Source: an uncultured Mycoplasmatota bacterium (GTDB lineage: Bacteria; Bacillota_I; Bacilli_A; RF39; UBA660). From it: DNA of 64,000 bases. The position numbers and the translations under genes were made by a program. Under the pieces are notes generated by a model that worked only from the letters and a program-made list of their open reading frames with translations, was not told the DNA's origin and searched no databases. Shown in pieces: positions 28,771 to 38,926 of this stretch; the stretch's first letter is position 1, and every line of letters starts with the position of its first letter. Location: NCBI GenBank assembly GCA_900549285.1, contig URNW01000004.1, positions 18,969 through 82,968 on the forward strand, read 5' to 3'.

Positions 28771-29904
28771 TTAACCTTCTTCATCTACATAAGTTGTTCC
28801 TTCAAAAAAAGGAATATTTTTATCACACCAATCTTTACTTGGCTCATTGCCACTTCCAAAACTCTCTGTCAAATCAATTAGTACTAGGCCATCATACCAT
28901 ACAGATGTCGTACTTTTATTATTGTTATAATCAAGACGCATTGGATAGGTATTCGTAGTAAAAGAAGAACGATTATTAACTGCTGATACAATATTCCATG
29001 AACCAGCAGAACCTAAAGATTGCCCTTCTACAAAGTTTGGTTCCGCAATAGGCCAGTAAAGTCCAGCACTTCCACTGGCACCTTCATGATAGACTTCATA
29101 TCTAGCATAATATTTATGAGTTGAATCTAAAGGAATTGAAACAGAATTTTGGGCTAGTATTTCAGGAGCACTGCTTGTCCCAGTTAATTTAATAGAAGTT
29201 GTTCCATATTTAGCATGAGCTGTATCAATTGTCCCTCCTGACCAAATATTACTTTTTTCAAAACTTGGATCTGTTATTAAATTTTTAAGCTCTATTTGAG
29301 GAGCTGTTGGAGTGCTATAAATGATTATTTCTGCTTCAAATTTTTGATTCATTACTTCATTTCCAGCACTTTCATCTATCCATAAATATAAATCATAATT
29401 TTTACTGGTATTTTGATTCGGTAAAATCCCTGTTTCTATAACATAAGATGCTTTTATATCTTTTTTAGTTATGCCACTTGGAAGATCTGATTCCTTTAAA
29501 GTGGTTAATTTGGTTGTATTTTGAGCATCCAATGAATAATTAATAAATGGTAATAATTGATCAGATGTTGTAGATAGAACATTTAAAATTATTTGATAAC
29601 CACTTCCTATATGACAATCATTATTTGAGATTGTAAAGGAATATGGAGTAATTTTTTTAAAAGCTTGAGTACTACTCATAGGATATCCTGTTATATTAAT
29701 TGAATTTTTATCTTGGAATTCAATATTATAGCAACTTGTATTTAACACATTTGTTCCTTCTTGTTTCGCATTAAAAGATAAATAAGCATACGTTATGCTA
29801 ATTGTAGCAATTACAACTACAACAATAGAAGATATAAGGAAAAGGATATATCTTTGGTTAGTTTTTAAAGATTTATGTTTTTTCTTTTTCAAGACGATCA
29901 CCAT
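28771..29904 (-). CDS. N-terminally anchored secreted protein: TasA/camelysin-like beta domain plus C-terminal CBM-like jelly-roll domain
   Basis: 377 aa. TM followed by ISITYAYLS, which resembles a SipW-type signal end. A core paralogous to 29980-30585 ends in DLYLWIDESAGNEVMNQKFEAEIIIY. The tail NLITDPSFEKSNIW...VWYDGLVLIDLTESFGSGNEP resembles carbohydrate-binding or receptor-binding modules. Confidence 0.35.
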   Translation of the reverse strand: MVIVLKKKKHKSLKTNQRYILFLISSIVVVVIATISITYAYLSFNAKQEGTNVLNTSCYNIEFQDKNSINITGYPMSSTQAFKKITPYSFTISNNDCHIGSGYQIILNVLSTTSDQLLPFINYSLDAQNTTKLTTLKESDLPSGITKKDIKASYVIETGILPNQNTSKNYDLYLWIDESAGNEVMNQKFEAEIIIYSTPTAPQIELKNLITDPSFEKSNIWSGGTIDTAHAKYGTTSIKLTGTSSAPEILAQNSVSIPLDSTHKYYARYEVYHEGASGSAGLYWPIAEPNFVEGQSLGSAGSWNIVSAVNNRSSFTTNTYPMRLDYNNNKSTTSVWYDGLVLIDLTESFGSGNEPSKDWCDKNIPFFEGTTYVDEEG

Positions 29905-29979
29905 ATCTTTACTACATCTATTATATAGTATTTTCTATTTTCTCACAAGTAGTAAAATAAAAAACTCCCTTTTAGGAAG

Positions 29980-30585
29980 TTACATATAATTATAAATTAG
30001 TACTTTACCAGTGAAGGTGTTTCCCATAATATCATTGCCAGCATTTTCATCTATCCATAAATATAGATTATAAGTTACAGATTCTCCTGGAGCAAGAGTA
30101 CCATCTATTAAATTATAAGTTGTATCTATATTATATTCACTTTTAATTGATCCTAAGTCATATGTTGAAGCAGTCGTTAACATTGCACTTGGATTTTCTT
30201 TACTTGTTGGACTTGTCTCATTTAACTTATATCTTAAACTTGGAGTTAGATTTGATATTGGACTCGTTAATGTGTTTAAGGTAACTTTATAATGAATTGG
30301 ATCTTTAGCATTAGATGTAGTACATGTATTTGTAATTGTAAATGTGTATGGTTTTACTTTTGATAAAGCTGTTTGTTCACTCATTGGATAAGCATAAGTT
30401 CCATTTGCATTCATAGTAATGGAATCACCATCTACGTAATTTACTTGAAAACATGTTGTTGTTATTTCATTAGGAGTTGTTTGTTTACTTGCCACTGAAT
30501 AATAAGAATAACTTGTTCCAATTGTAATTGTTACGAGTATCATAATTGTTAAAACTCCAAGAGTAATTTTATAACCACTTCTCAT
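29980..30585 (-). CDS. N-terminally anchored secreted protein, TasA/camelysin-like (weak)
   Basis: 201 aa. TM then GTSYSYYSVASK, a beta-rich core, and NLYLWIDENAGNDIMGNTFTGKVLIY. Tandem paralogue of 28771-29904. Confidence 0.35.
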   Translation of the reverse strand: MRSGYKITLGVLTIMILVTITIGTSYSYYSVASKQTTPNEITTTCFQVNYVDGDSITMNANGTYAYPMSEQTALSKVKPYTFTITNTCTTSNAKDPIHYKVTLNTLTSPISNLTPSLRYKLNETSPTSKENPSAMLTTASTYDLGSIKSEYNIDTTYNLIDGTLAPGESVTYNLYLWIDENAGNDIMGNTFTGKVLIYNYM

Positions 30586-30649
30586 ATTATCACCTATTTT
30601 ACTATTTATAATTATAAGATATTTTTGTCATTCCTACAAGTACTTTTTA

Positions 30650-32065
30650 CTAATTTTTAATAAATATTGCTTTTTTACCATCTAAGCTAAAACTTTTAGC
30701 ATCTGTTATTTCTACTGGTATTATTTTGCCAATATCTTGTGTTGCATCATTTATATTTACTAATTTCATAGTTTTAGTATAACCATATACTTTATCTTTT
30801 CCTTTTTCACTTGGGCCTAAAACTAATACTTCTTCTATTTTACCAATATACTCTTTATTATGAGATAAGCTATCAGCATTTATTAAATTATTTAATTCTT
30901 GTAATCTTTTTTCTTTTTCTTCTTTAGAAATATTATCTTTAATTTTAGAAGCAGGCGTTCCTTCTCTAGGAGAATAAATAAATGTAAAAGCTCCATCAAA
31001 TTTACATTCTTTTACTACTTCTAAAGTTTCTTTAAAATCTTCTTTGGTTTCATTAGGAAATCCTACTATGATATCTGTTGTAATACTAACATTTTTTATT
31101 TTTTCTTTTATTTTTTTATATAGTGTTAAATATTCTTCTTTTGTATAACGTCTTCCCATTAGTTTTAAAATTCTACTACTTCCACTTTGAAGAGGTAAAT
31201 GAATGTAAGGCATTATATTTTCATATTTTTGGATGACATCTATCATTTCATCTGTAAAATCCCAAGGATGAGAAGTTACAAAACGAATTCTTGGGATTCC
31301 TGTTTTAGCTACATCTTCTAGTAAACTCGCAAAATTATATTCTTCTTCTAAATCTTTTCCATAAGCATTTACATTTTGACCTAGTAAGGTTATTTCTAAA
31401 TAGCCTTCTTTTTTTAAATTTTCTATTTCTTTTATAATTTCTTCTTTTTTACGACTTCTTTGACGACCTCTTGTAAAAGGAACAATACAATATGTACAAA
31501 ATTTATCACATCCATACATAATATTTACCCATGCAGTATATTTAGAATCTCTTACATAATCCATATTTTCATAAACATTTCCTTCTATCGAATATACTTC
31601 AATTTGCCTGCTTTTACTTTCTTCTAAAATCATACTGCCTAAATCATTGATATTATGTGTGCCAAAAACAATATCTACAAAAGGATATTTTTCTTTTAAA
31701 AGCTTTGAGATTCCTTCTTCTTGAGGCATACAACCACCTATACAAATCATTAGCTCTGTTTTTTCTCTTTTTAAGTGCTTTAATCTTCCTAAAAAACCAA
31801 AGACTTTATCATGAGCATTTTCTCTTATTGCACATGTATTTAAGACAACAATATCAGCATTATTTACATCTTCTGTTTCTTTAAACCCTAAATTTTCTAA
31901 TATTCCTTTTATTTCTTCAGAATCATGAACATTCATTTGACAACCATAAGTTCTTATAAAATATTTTTTATCTTTAAACTTATCACTTTTGATATTTTTA
32001 GCATTTAAAAATTCTACTTTTTTATTTGTTCTTAAACGTGCTTGCTTCATATCTGGTAAATTCAT
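30650..32065 (-). CDS. miaB: tRNA-2-methylthio-N6-dimethylallyladenosine synthase
   Basis: 471 aa. YFIRTYGCQMNVHDSE and the radical-SAM motif CDKFCTYC, plus a TRAM tail. Confidence 0.93.
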   Translation of the reverse strand: MNLPDMKQARLRTNKKVEFLNAKNIKSDKFKDKKYFIRTYGCQMNVHDSEEIKGILENLGFKETEDVNNADIVVLNTCAIRENAHDKVFGFLGRLKHLKREKTELMICIGGCMPQEEGISKLLKEKYPFVDIVFGTHNINDLGSMILEESKSRQIEVYSIEGNVYENMDYVRDSKYTAWVNIMYGCDKFCTYCIVPFTRGRQRSRKKEEIIKEIENLKKEGYLEITLLGQNVNAYGKDLEEEYNFASLLEDVAKTGIPRIRFVTSHPWDFTDEMIDVIQKYENIMPYIHLPLQSGSSRILKLMGRRYTKEEYLTLYKKIKEKIKNVSITTDIIVGFPNETKEDFKETLEVVKECKFDGAFTFIYSPREGTPASKIKDNISKEEKEKRLQELNNLINADSLSHNKEYIGKIEEVLVLGPSEKGKDKVYGYTKTMKLVNINDATQDIGKIIPVEITDAKSFSLDGKKAIFIKN

Positions 32066-32192
32066 AATACACCATCCCTAAGTTATTATTATATCATGGT
32101 TCTTTTAGATTGTAAAAGAGAACGTAAGAATTAACTTACTTTAATTTGCCAAATCTTTGTACTTCTTTTATATTTTAAGATAAAAAACTATC

Positions 32193-32837
32193 TTATACTT
32201 TGTGGTAAGATAGTTTAATAATATAATATAATTTTAAAATTTCTTCATTAAAAGATCCGTTTATATCTTTTAAGATACTTTCATATATATATTCCATGTT
32301 ATCTACATTTTCTTTTTTATATTCATAATACAAATACTTTAATTTAGCTATTTCTTTTTCTTGATATAAATGATTGATTTCTAATAAAATTAATTTTTTA
32401 GCTTCACTTATTTGTCTTAGAGTATTATCTATTTGTAATTTCTCTATTATCTCATATTTTATATCAGTATCTTTCATTCCATAAATAATTTCTAAAACAT
32501 TTAATTCATCTTCTATTAATAATTTACTTCTATTCATGGTTAGTCCTTCTTTATTAAATTCTAGCGCTATTACATTTTTAGTATCTGTAAACAAGCAGGC
32601 ATATTCTATCCTTTTTATATTCTTTTTATCACTTACTAAGGTTTTATCATGAATACTATCTAAAAAATCTGATGATACTTTTATTTTATTACTAATTAAA
32701 TCGATAAAAGTTTTATGTTTTAACTTAATTAAAGGAATTTTTTTTAATAACTCTAGATTATCATAATCATTCCACTCATAAAAATCATATGCTTTATTTT
32801 CGCCCCAATTTAAAATTATGTCGTAATAATAATTCAT
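32193..32837 (-). CDS. YqhG-like (DUF3603-type) protein
   Basis: 214 aa. YYYDIILNWGENKAYDFYEWNDYDNLELLKKIPLIKL and CLFTDTKNVIALEF...NRSKLLIEDE match the YqhG pattern as I remember it. Confidence 0.45.
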   Translation of the reverse strand: MNYYYDIILNWGENKAYDFYEWNDYDNLELLKKIPLIKLKHKTFIDLISNKIKVSSDFLDSIHDKTLVSDKKNIKRIEYACLFTDTKNVIALEFNKEGLTMNRSKLLIEDELNVLEIIYGMKDTDIKYEIIEKLQIDNTLRQISEAKKLILLEINHLYQEKEIAKLKYLYYEYKKENVDNMEYIYESILKDINGSFNEEILKLYYIIKLSYHKV

Positions 32838-33036
32838 TCTTGATCCACCTTTCTAACGATATTCCTATTAAAGCAATTCCTATTACAAATAGCCACACTT
32901 CTACTCTTCTACTTATAAATTGAACAAATTCTATGAAACTATACCCAATTGTTAATAAATTAAGATAAATTATAATAAAAAATAGGCCAATACTAGTAAA
33001 TATGACACCAATTATGTAAAGTAATAATCGAAACAT
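32794..33036 (-). CDS. small membrane protein
   Basis: 80 aa with two or three TM helices. It overlaps the next gene by 44 nt. Confidence 0.4.
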   Translation of the reverse strand: MFRLLLYIIGVIFTSIGLFFIIIYLNLLTIGYSFIEFVQFISRRVEVWLFVIGIALIGISLERWIKNELLLRHNFKLGRK

Positions 33037-33093
33037 AGTAACTCCCCTATAATTTTATTTCTTAAATAAAAAAAATATTATATAATTAAATAG

Positions 33094-33915
33094 GTGATAA
33101 AATTGAACTATTTAATTTATATTATTTTAGGGATTATTCAGGGATTTACTGAACCGATTCCCGTATCTTCTAGTGGGCATATTTTTCTTTTTAAAAATAT
33201 TTTTAATACAGATATGTTTAATGATTTAAATTTTGAAATTGTGGCTAATTTTGGATCTTTTCTAGCTATTTTATTTATATTTAGAAAAGAAGTATGGGAA
33301 CTTTTAACAGCTTTTTTCTCTTATATTTTTAAGAAAGAGACAAGAGAAAAATATAAAAAGAAATTTAGGTACTGTATATATATTATTATTTCTACTATTC
33401 CAATTGGACTTGCTGGATTTTTATTTAAAGATTTTATTGAAGAAAAATTACAAAATATTACTATTTTAGGTTTTGCTTTCTTAATTACAGCTTTTATGCT
33501 TCTATTAGTTAAAAATAAAAATGGGAAAAAAGATGATGATGATATCACTTTAAAAGACGCTCTCATTATTGGTATATTACAAATTATAGCATTATTTCCT
33601 GGTATTAGTAGAAGTGGTACTACTTTAGTTCTTTGTTTACTGGTTGGTATGAGTAAAAATACAGCTTTAAAATATACTTTTATTTTATATTTTCCTATTA
33701 GTTTAGGAACTATGATTTTGGGAGTTAAAGATATTATGGAAGCTGGAAATTTAAGTAGCGTTGCTCTACCTTATTTTAGTGGATTATTAGCAGCATTAGT
33801 AGTTACATATTTTTCTTATCGCTGGCTTAGTAATGTTGTAAAGCGTGGTAATCTTTGGAAATTTAGCATTTATTGTGTATGTTTAGCCATATTTATCTTT
33901 ATTTATTTTAGATAA
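33094..33915 (+). CDS. uppP: undecaprenyl-diphosphate phosphatase
   Basis: 273 aa. QGFTEPIPVSSSGH and PGISRSGTT. Confidence 0.92.
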   Translation: MIKLNYLIYIILGIIQGFTEPIPVSSSGHIFLFKNIFNTDMFNDLNFEIVANFGSFLAILFIFRKEVWELLTAFFSYIFKKETREKYKKKFRYCIYIIISTIPIGLAGFLFKDFIEEKLQNITILGFAFLITAFMLLLVKNKNGKKDDDDITLKDALIIGILQIIALFPGISRSGTTLVLCLLVGMSKNTALKYTFILYFPISLGTMILGVKDIMEAGNLSSVALPYFSGLLAALVVTYFSYRWLSNVVKRGNLWKFSIYCVCLAIFIFIYFR

Positions 33916-34005
33916 AAAGCTTCACTTTATAGTGGAGCTTTTATCTTGTAAGCAAAATGATTTCATTTAAAAATTAGTTTGGCGTATAAAAAAGTGGTGA
34001 ACCAC

Positions 34006-34551
34006 TTAATTTTTAAATAATATAATATTAAATACTAATAAGACTGCTACATTAAAGGCATAACTAAATTGAAAACGTTCACATTCACCTATAGAAACGA
34101 TTAAGTCTGATGCACAAATTATCCATCCTTCTTTACTTTTGGGTTTAAATTCTTTAATACTTGCTTTTTCTTTTGGATTTATAAATGGGAAAATCTTTTT
34201 TATTAAAACATGATGGAACATATGAGTCTTAATGGCTTCTGCCTCTAATTCTGTTACATTAAAATATCTTTTGGCATTGCTAGCTGCTGTAACTGGATGT
34301 CTTAAATATGAATTTTCTGGGCTTTCTTTTCTAGTTCCGTAAAAGAAGTCATGCAAAAGTCCCGCTCTAGACACACTTTTTAAATCTGCTTTAAAATATC
34401 TTCCTAAACGATAACTTAATTTGGCTACTCTTAAAGAGTGCTCGTATTTACTTGTACCATGATGTAAATCTTTTTTTGTTTCTAAAAAATGTTCATTATT
34501 TAATATATCACACACATACTCATCAAACTCGCATTTTAAACGTTTTGTCAT
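34006..34551 (-). CDS. HD-domain phosphohydrolase
   Basis: 181 aa. HSLRVAKLS...AGLLHDFFY. Confidence 0.7.
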   Translation of the reverse strand: MTKRLKCEFDEYVCDILNNEHFLETKKDLHHGTSKYEHSLRVAKLSYRLGRYFKADLKSVSRAGLLHDFFYGTRKESPENSYLRHPVTAASNAKRYFNVTELEAEAIKTHMFHHVLIKKIFPFINPKEKASIKEFKPKSKEGWIICASDLIVSIGECERFQFSYAFNVAVLLVFNIILFKN

Positions 34552-34754
34552 CTTTTCAACTCCTACTTTTTACTTTGCGACTATTATTATTATAGTAAAT
34601 TATACTTCTTTTGTAAAGGATAAATGCTTAAATTTAATTGATAATTGTTCTATACTACTTTATATTTTAGGAAAAATTTATAAGCCAATAATTAATGATT
34701 TAATTATTATCTTTCCTCTAGTCGCATAGTTAATATTAGTTTTATTTACCCTTT

Positions 34755-34774
34755 AAAAAAGTCCTAAAAGGACT
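34755..34774 (-). terminator. candidate intrinsic terminator ~60 nt downstream of the orphan consensus promoter
   Basis: Minus strand reads AAGTCC-TTTTA-GGACTT followed by TTTT. The stem is short. Confidence 0.4.
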
Positions 34775-34823
34775 TATAAATTATGTTATTTACAACCCCC
34801 TAAATTGCTCATAACTATAGTTA

Positions 34824-34852
34824 ATTATAGCATATTTTCTTGTATTTGTCAA
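34824..34852 (-). promoter_or_regulatory. perfect consensus sigma-A promoter (TTGACA-N17-TATAAT with TGn)
   Basis: Minus strand reads TTGACA aatacaagaaaataTGc TATAAT. It lies just after the clpB terminator and ~270 nt upstream of the HD gene. Confidence 0.65.
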
Positions 34853-34864
34853 AAAGTGGACAAA

Positions 34865-34888
34865 TAAAAAAAGAAGCAATTATGCTTC
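34865..34888 (-). terminator. clpB intrinsic terminator
   Basis: Minus strand reads GAAGCA-TAAT-TGCTTC followed by T8. The stop codon lies in the loop. Confidence 0.7.
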
Positions 34889-36988
34889 CTTTAAAGTTAA
34901 ATGATCATCTTTTACATCTACTATAATGTTATCATTATATTTAATTTCATTTTTGATAATTTTATCTGCTAAAAGAGTTTCAATATTATGAGTAACATAT
35001 CTTTTAATTGGTCTTGCACCATAAGCTTCTTCATATGAATGTTCAATAATAAAATCTTTAGCTTCTTTTGTCAATTTTAAATGTAAATTAATATTTTTAA
35101 GCCTTGATTCTGTTTCATGAATGATCTTATCAAGAATACTATAAACAATATCTTTTCCTAAAGATTTGAATATGATAATTTCATCAATACGATTAATAAA
35201 TTCTGGACGGAATGTTCTTTTTAGTGCTTCCATTACTTTTGATTCACTATTTTTATCATTATCAAGAATGTATTCACTTCCTAAATTAGATGTCATAATA
35301 ATAATTGTATTTTTAAAATCAACTAATTTTCCTGTTGAATCTGTTATACGGCCATCATCTAATATTTGTAGTAAAATATTGAATACATCAGGATGAGCTT
35401 TTTCAATTTCATCAAATAACACTATACTATATGGATTTCTTCTAACTGCTTCTGTTAGCTCTCCTCCTTCATCATAACCAACATATCCTGGAGGAGCTCC
35501 AAGTAATCTCGATACATTAAAAGCTTCCATATATTCCGAACAATCTATTCTTACCATATGACGTTCATCATCAAATAATTCATAAGCTAAAGCTTTAGCT
35601 AATTCTGTTTTTCCTACTCCAGTTGGTCCCATAAAGATAAATGAGCCAATTGGACGATTAGGATCCTTAATTCCACTTCTAGCACGAATAATAGCATCAC
35701 TTACAACTTTTACTGCTTCATCTTGACCAATTACTCTTTTCTTTAGATTTGCTTCTAAACTTAATAGTTTTTCTTTTTCACCACTTACTAATTTTTGAAC
35801 TGGAATATTGGTCCATTTAGCAACAATTCTAGCAATATCTTCTTCTGTTACAGTATCACTTAACATTTGAGAATCTATTTTATGGCGTAAACTTTCAAGT
35901 TCTTGTTCTAAAGCTGGGATTGTTCCATGACGTAATCTAGCAGCTGTTTCTAAGTCATAATTATTTTCTGCTGTTTCTAATTTAAAACGAGCTTGATCTA
36001 ATTCTTCTTTTTTCTTATTAATATTATCGTTCAGACTTTTTTCTTCTTCCCATTTTTTTCGCATGGAAGACTCTTCCTCTTTTAATGTTTCTATTTCTTT
36101 TTCTAGTTCTTCCTTACGTTTCTTGGATAATTCATCTTTTTCTTTCTTGATTGCTTCTCTTTCAATTTCTAAACTCATAATTTTACGAGTTAATGTATCT
36201 AGTTCAGTTGGAACAGAAGCCATTTGCATCTTTATGGTAGCACATGCTTCGTCTACTAAATCAATTGCTTTATCTGGTAAAAAACGGTCTGTTATATAGC
36301 GATCACTAAGAGTTGCAGCACTAATTAAAGCATTGTCTTTAATATTGACACTATGGAATAATTCAAATTTTTCTTTTAAACCACGTAAGATTGTAATTGT
36401 GTCTTCTACATTGGGCTCACTTACTTGAATTTTTTGAAGTCTTCTTTCTAGGGCTCCATCTTTTTCAATGTATTTACGATATTCATTTAATGTTGTAGCA
36501 CCAATTAATCTTATCTCACCACGAGCAAGCATTGGTTTAAGCATATTCCCAGCATCCATTGCTCCTTCAGCTCCTGCACCTACAATCATATGAATTTCAT
36601 CTATAAATAAAATGATATCTCCATTAGAATCACTAATTTCTTTTAATACTTTTTTTAGACGCTCTTCAAATTCACCACGATATTTTGCTCCTGCAATTAA
36701 AGCTCCTAAATCTAAAGACCATATCCTTTTGCCTTTTAGAGTACTAGGAACATCTCCTTTCACAATACGAATAGCAAGACCTTCAACTATTGCCGTTTTA
36801 CCAACACCAGGTTCACCAATTAAAACGGGATTATTTTTTGTTTTTCTTGATAAAATACGAATAATACTACGGATTTCTTCATCACGACCAATAACAGGAT
36901 CAACTTTATTAAGTCTCACCGCTTCTGTTATATCACGGCCATATTTTTCTAAAACATTTTCGTTTTCTTCCTGCATATTTGGATACAT
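34880..36988 (-). CDS. clpB: ClpB disaggregase lacking the N-terminal domain
   Basis: 702 aa. It starts directly at [10 protein letters not shown]...[11 protein letters not shown]. Two AAA modules and a long M-domain coiled coil are present, and there is no VGF/IGF ClpP loop. The ~150-aa Clp_N domain of full-length ClpB is absent. Confidence 0.9.
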   Translation of the reverse strand: MYPNMQEENENVLEKYGRDITEAVRLNKVDPVIGRDEEIRSIIRILSRKTKNNPVLIGEPGVGKTAIVEGLAIRIVKGDVPSTLKGKRIWSLDLGALIAGAKYRGEFEERLKKVLKEISDSNGDIILFIDEIHMIVGAGAEGAMDAGNMLKPMLARGEIRLIGATTLNEYRKYIEKDGALERRLQKIQVSEPNVEDTITILRGLKEKFELFHSVNIKDNALISAATLSDRYITDRFLPDKAIDLVDEACATIKMQMASVPTELDTLTRKIMSLEIEREAIKKEKDELSKKRKEELEKEIETLKEEESSMRKKWEEEKSLNDNINKKKEELDQARFKLETAENNYDLETAARLRHGTIPALEQELESLRHKIDSQMLSDTVTEEDIARIVAKWTNIPVQKLVSGEKEKLLSLEANLKKRVIGQDEAVKVVSDAIIRARSGIKDPNRPIGSFIFMGPTGVGKTELAKALAYELFDDERHMVRIDCSEYMEAFNVSRLLGAPPGYVGYDEGGELTEAVRRNPYSIVLFDEIEKAHPDVFNILLQILDDGRITDSTGKLVDFKNTIIIMTSNLGSEYILDNDKNSESKVMEALKRTFRPEFINRIDEIIIFKSLGKDIVYSILDKIIHETESRLKNINLHLKLTKEAKDFIIEHSYEEAYGARPIKRYVTHNIETLLADKIIKNEIKYNDNIIVDVKDDHLTLKEA

Positions 36989-37031
36989 ATTAACACTTCC
37001 TTTCTTTTATATATATGTTATATCACAAAAA

Positions 37032-37058
37032 TTAGCACTTGTCAAGTGCAAGTGCTAA
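37032..37058. promoter_or_regulatory. CIRCE (HrcA operator) inverted repeat upstream of clpB
   Basis: TTAGCACTT-GTCAAGTGC-AAGTGCTAA against the consensus TTAGCACTC-N9-GAGTGCTAA. It lies 44 nt upstream of the clpB ATG. Confidence 0.85.
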
Positions 37059-38002
37059 TTTGTTTTTTTTATTTTAATACTGGATATCCATTTTCTCCTA
37101 ATTTCCAATTTAATAGTTGATATCCACTTAAAATCTCATCTATTTCACTTAAATTTATATTACTTATATTACTATTTAATGTATTAACAAAATTATTAGA
37201 TTTCATTTCACTATTACTCATTCTAGTTAAATTTATATTTGTATTATTGCTTCCACTTATATTATCTAAATAGTATGTATTTGATATATCAAATGTGCTT
37301 CCATCTAATAGGTACGTTATTCCATATGTATCATTATTGGAAACTATAGTGCCTATATTATAAATATTATTTAGATATAAATGATTTGCCCTATTATCAT
37401 CAAAATATACCAATGCTATTCCAGCAACTTTATAGGTGCCACTAGAAGTTACATCTCCAGCATTATAGGAATTTATAATTTTTGATGTACTTTCATTATT
37501 AATTAATCCTACTATACCCGCTGCTTGTTTTATACTTTTAACTTGTCCATTATTATAACTATTTAATATTATTGCTTCTGAATTATGATTATATCCAATT
37601 ATTCCTCCTACTGTTGTTCGGTATTCCGATTCTGATTTATCATTGGATAAAGAGGATACATTTCCAGTATTATAACTTTCATTAATAATAACTCTTCCCC
37701 CTGCTCTTAAAAATCCTAAAACACCTCCTGTTCTTAAACCATTTATTACTTCTCCAGTGTTATAAGATTGATAAATTATAGATTGTCCTTTTATATAGCC
37801 AATTAATCCACCTACACTAATTAAATTATCATATGCTTCTACAACTTCAGTCGATACTTTTCCAATATTATAACAATTATTAATTGTTGTTATGTTTGCT
37901 TCAGTATTATCCCTTCCCAATATGCCTCCAATATTATGACCAAGATTATTTACAATTATTCCTTCATTATAGCTATTTTCTACAGTTAAAATTCCTTCAT
38001 TT

Positions 38003-38009
38003 CCCCCCC
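38003..38009 (-). repeat. poly-G(7) homopolymer at the junction of the two long ORFs
   Basis: Plus-strand C7. With G7 the frame reads GTG GGG GGG AAA TGA. With G6 it reads VGGNEGILTVENSYNEGIIVNNLGHNIGGILGRDN and continues into ORF 37069-37920. Confidence 0.9.
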
Positions 38010-38926
38010 ACTAATCCTCCTGTATTATTTCCGTTACTAATACTTCCGCTATTATGACTACTTTTGATTGTAGTAGTACCCTGAGTCCATCCAATTATAC
38101 CTCCTGTACTATAGGTACTGCTTTTGCTAGTAATATTTGACTCATTATAACAATTTTCTATTGCAATATTGTATCCTCTGCCAACAATTCCTCCCAAATC
38201 TGATCTTATGTTAGTTTGAAAAATACCATCTACGCCTAAATTTTTAATGGTGGCATTCATTGCATATCCAAACAATCCTAAATAGGCTTTATCACTTTCT
38301 TCATTATAAATATATAGATTACTTATCTTTTTATTGTTTCCATCAAATATTCCTGAAAAATATCGTGATTCATCATTGTAATTACTATTTCCAATTGGAA
38401 TAAAACCACTTCCAGTTGTTAATTCTATTTTTAGCTCTTCTATTTTGCCATTGCCATTTATATCTCCATATGAAGTATTTGTATTATCTATATAGCTTTC
38501 CATATTTTGAAAATCTAAATTATTTTCTAGTCTAAAATAATTATCTTCATAAGTTATCCCATTATTTACAGCATTAGATAATGCTACTAAATCTTCTATA
38601 GTTTTTATTTTATAGGGATTTTCTGCTGTTCCTTTTCCTTCCCATGCTACATTAAAATATAAATAGCATTTTGTTTCTTCTAAAGTTACAGGCGTTACAC
38701 TTAATTCTTTAGTATTTACATTATAATTAATCGTTACATCTAATTTTTCATTTCCCTTTTTACAATAACTTTTCTCGCTATTAAATATATAACCAGCATT
38801 AGGAATTGTATCTGTTTTTGTGTATTCATTTCCTTCTTCAACATACATTCCTATTAAATTTTTACTTTGCAAAGTTTCTACACTAATTAATTTGTTTTCT
38901 TTGTTGATATCTCTTAATTTAAGATA

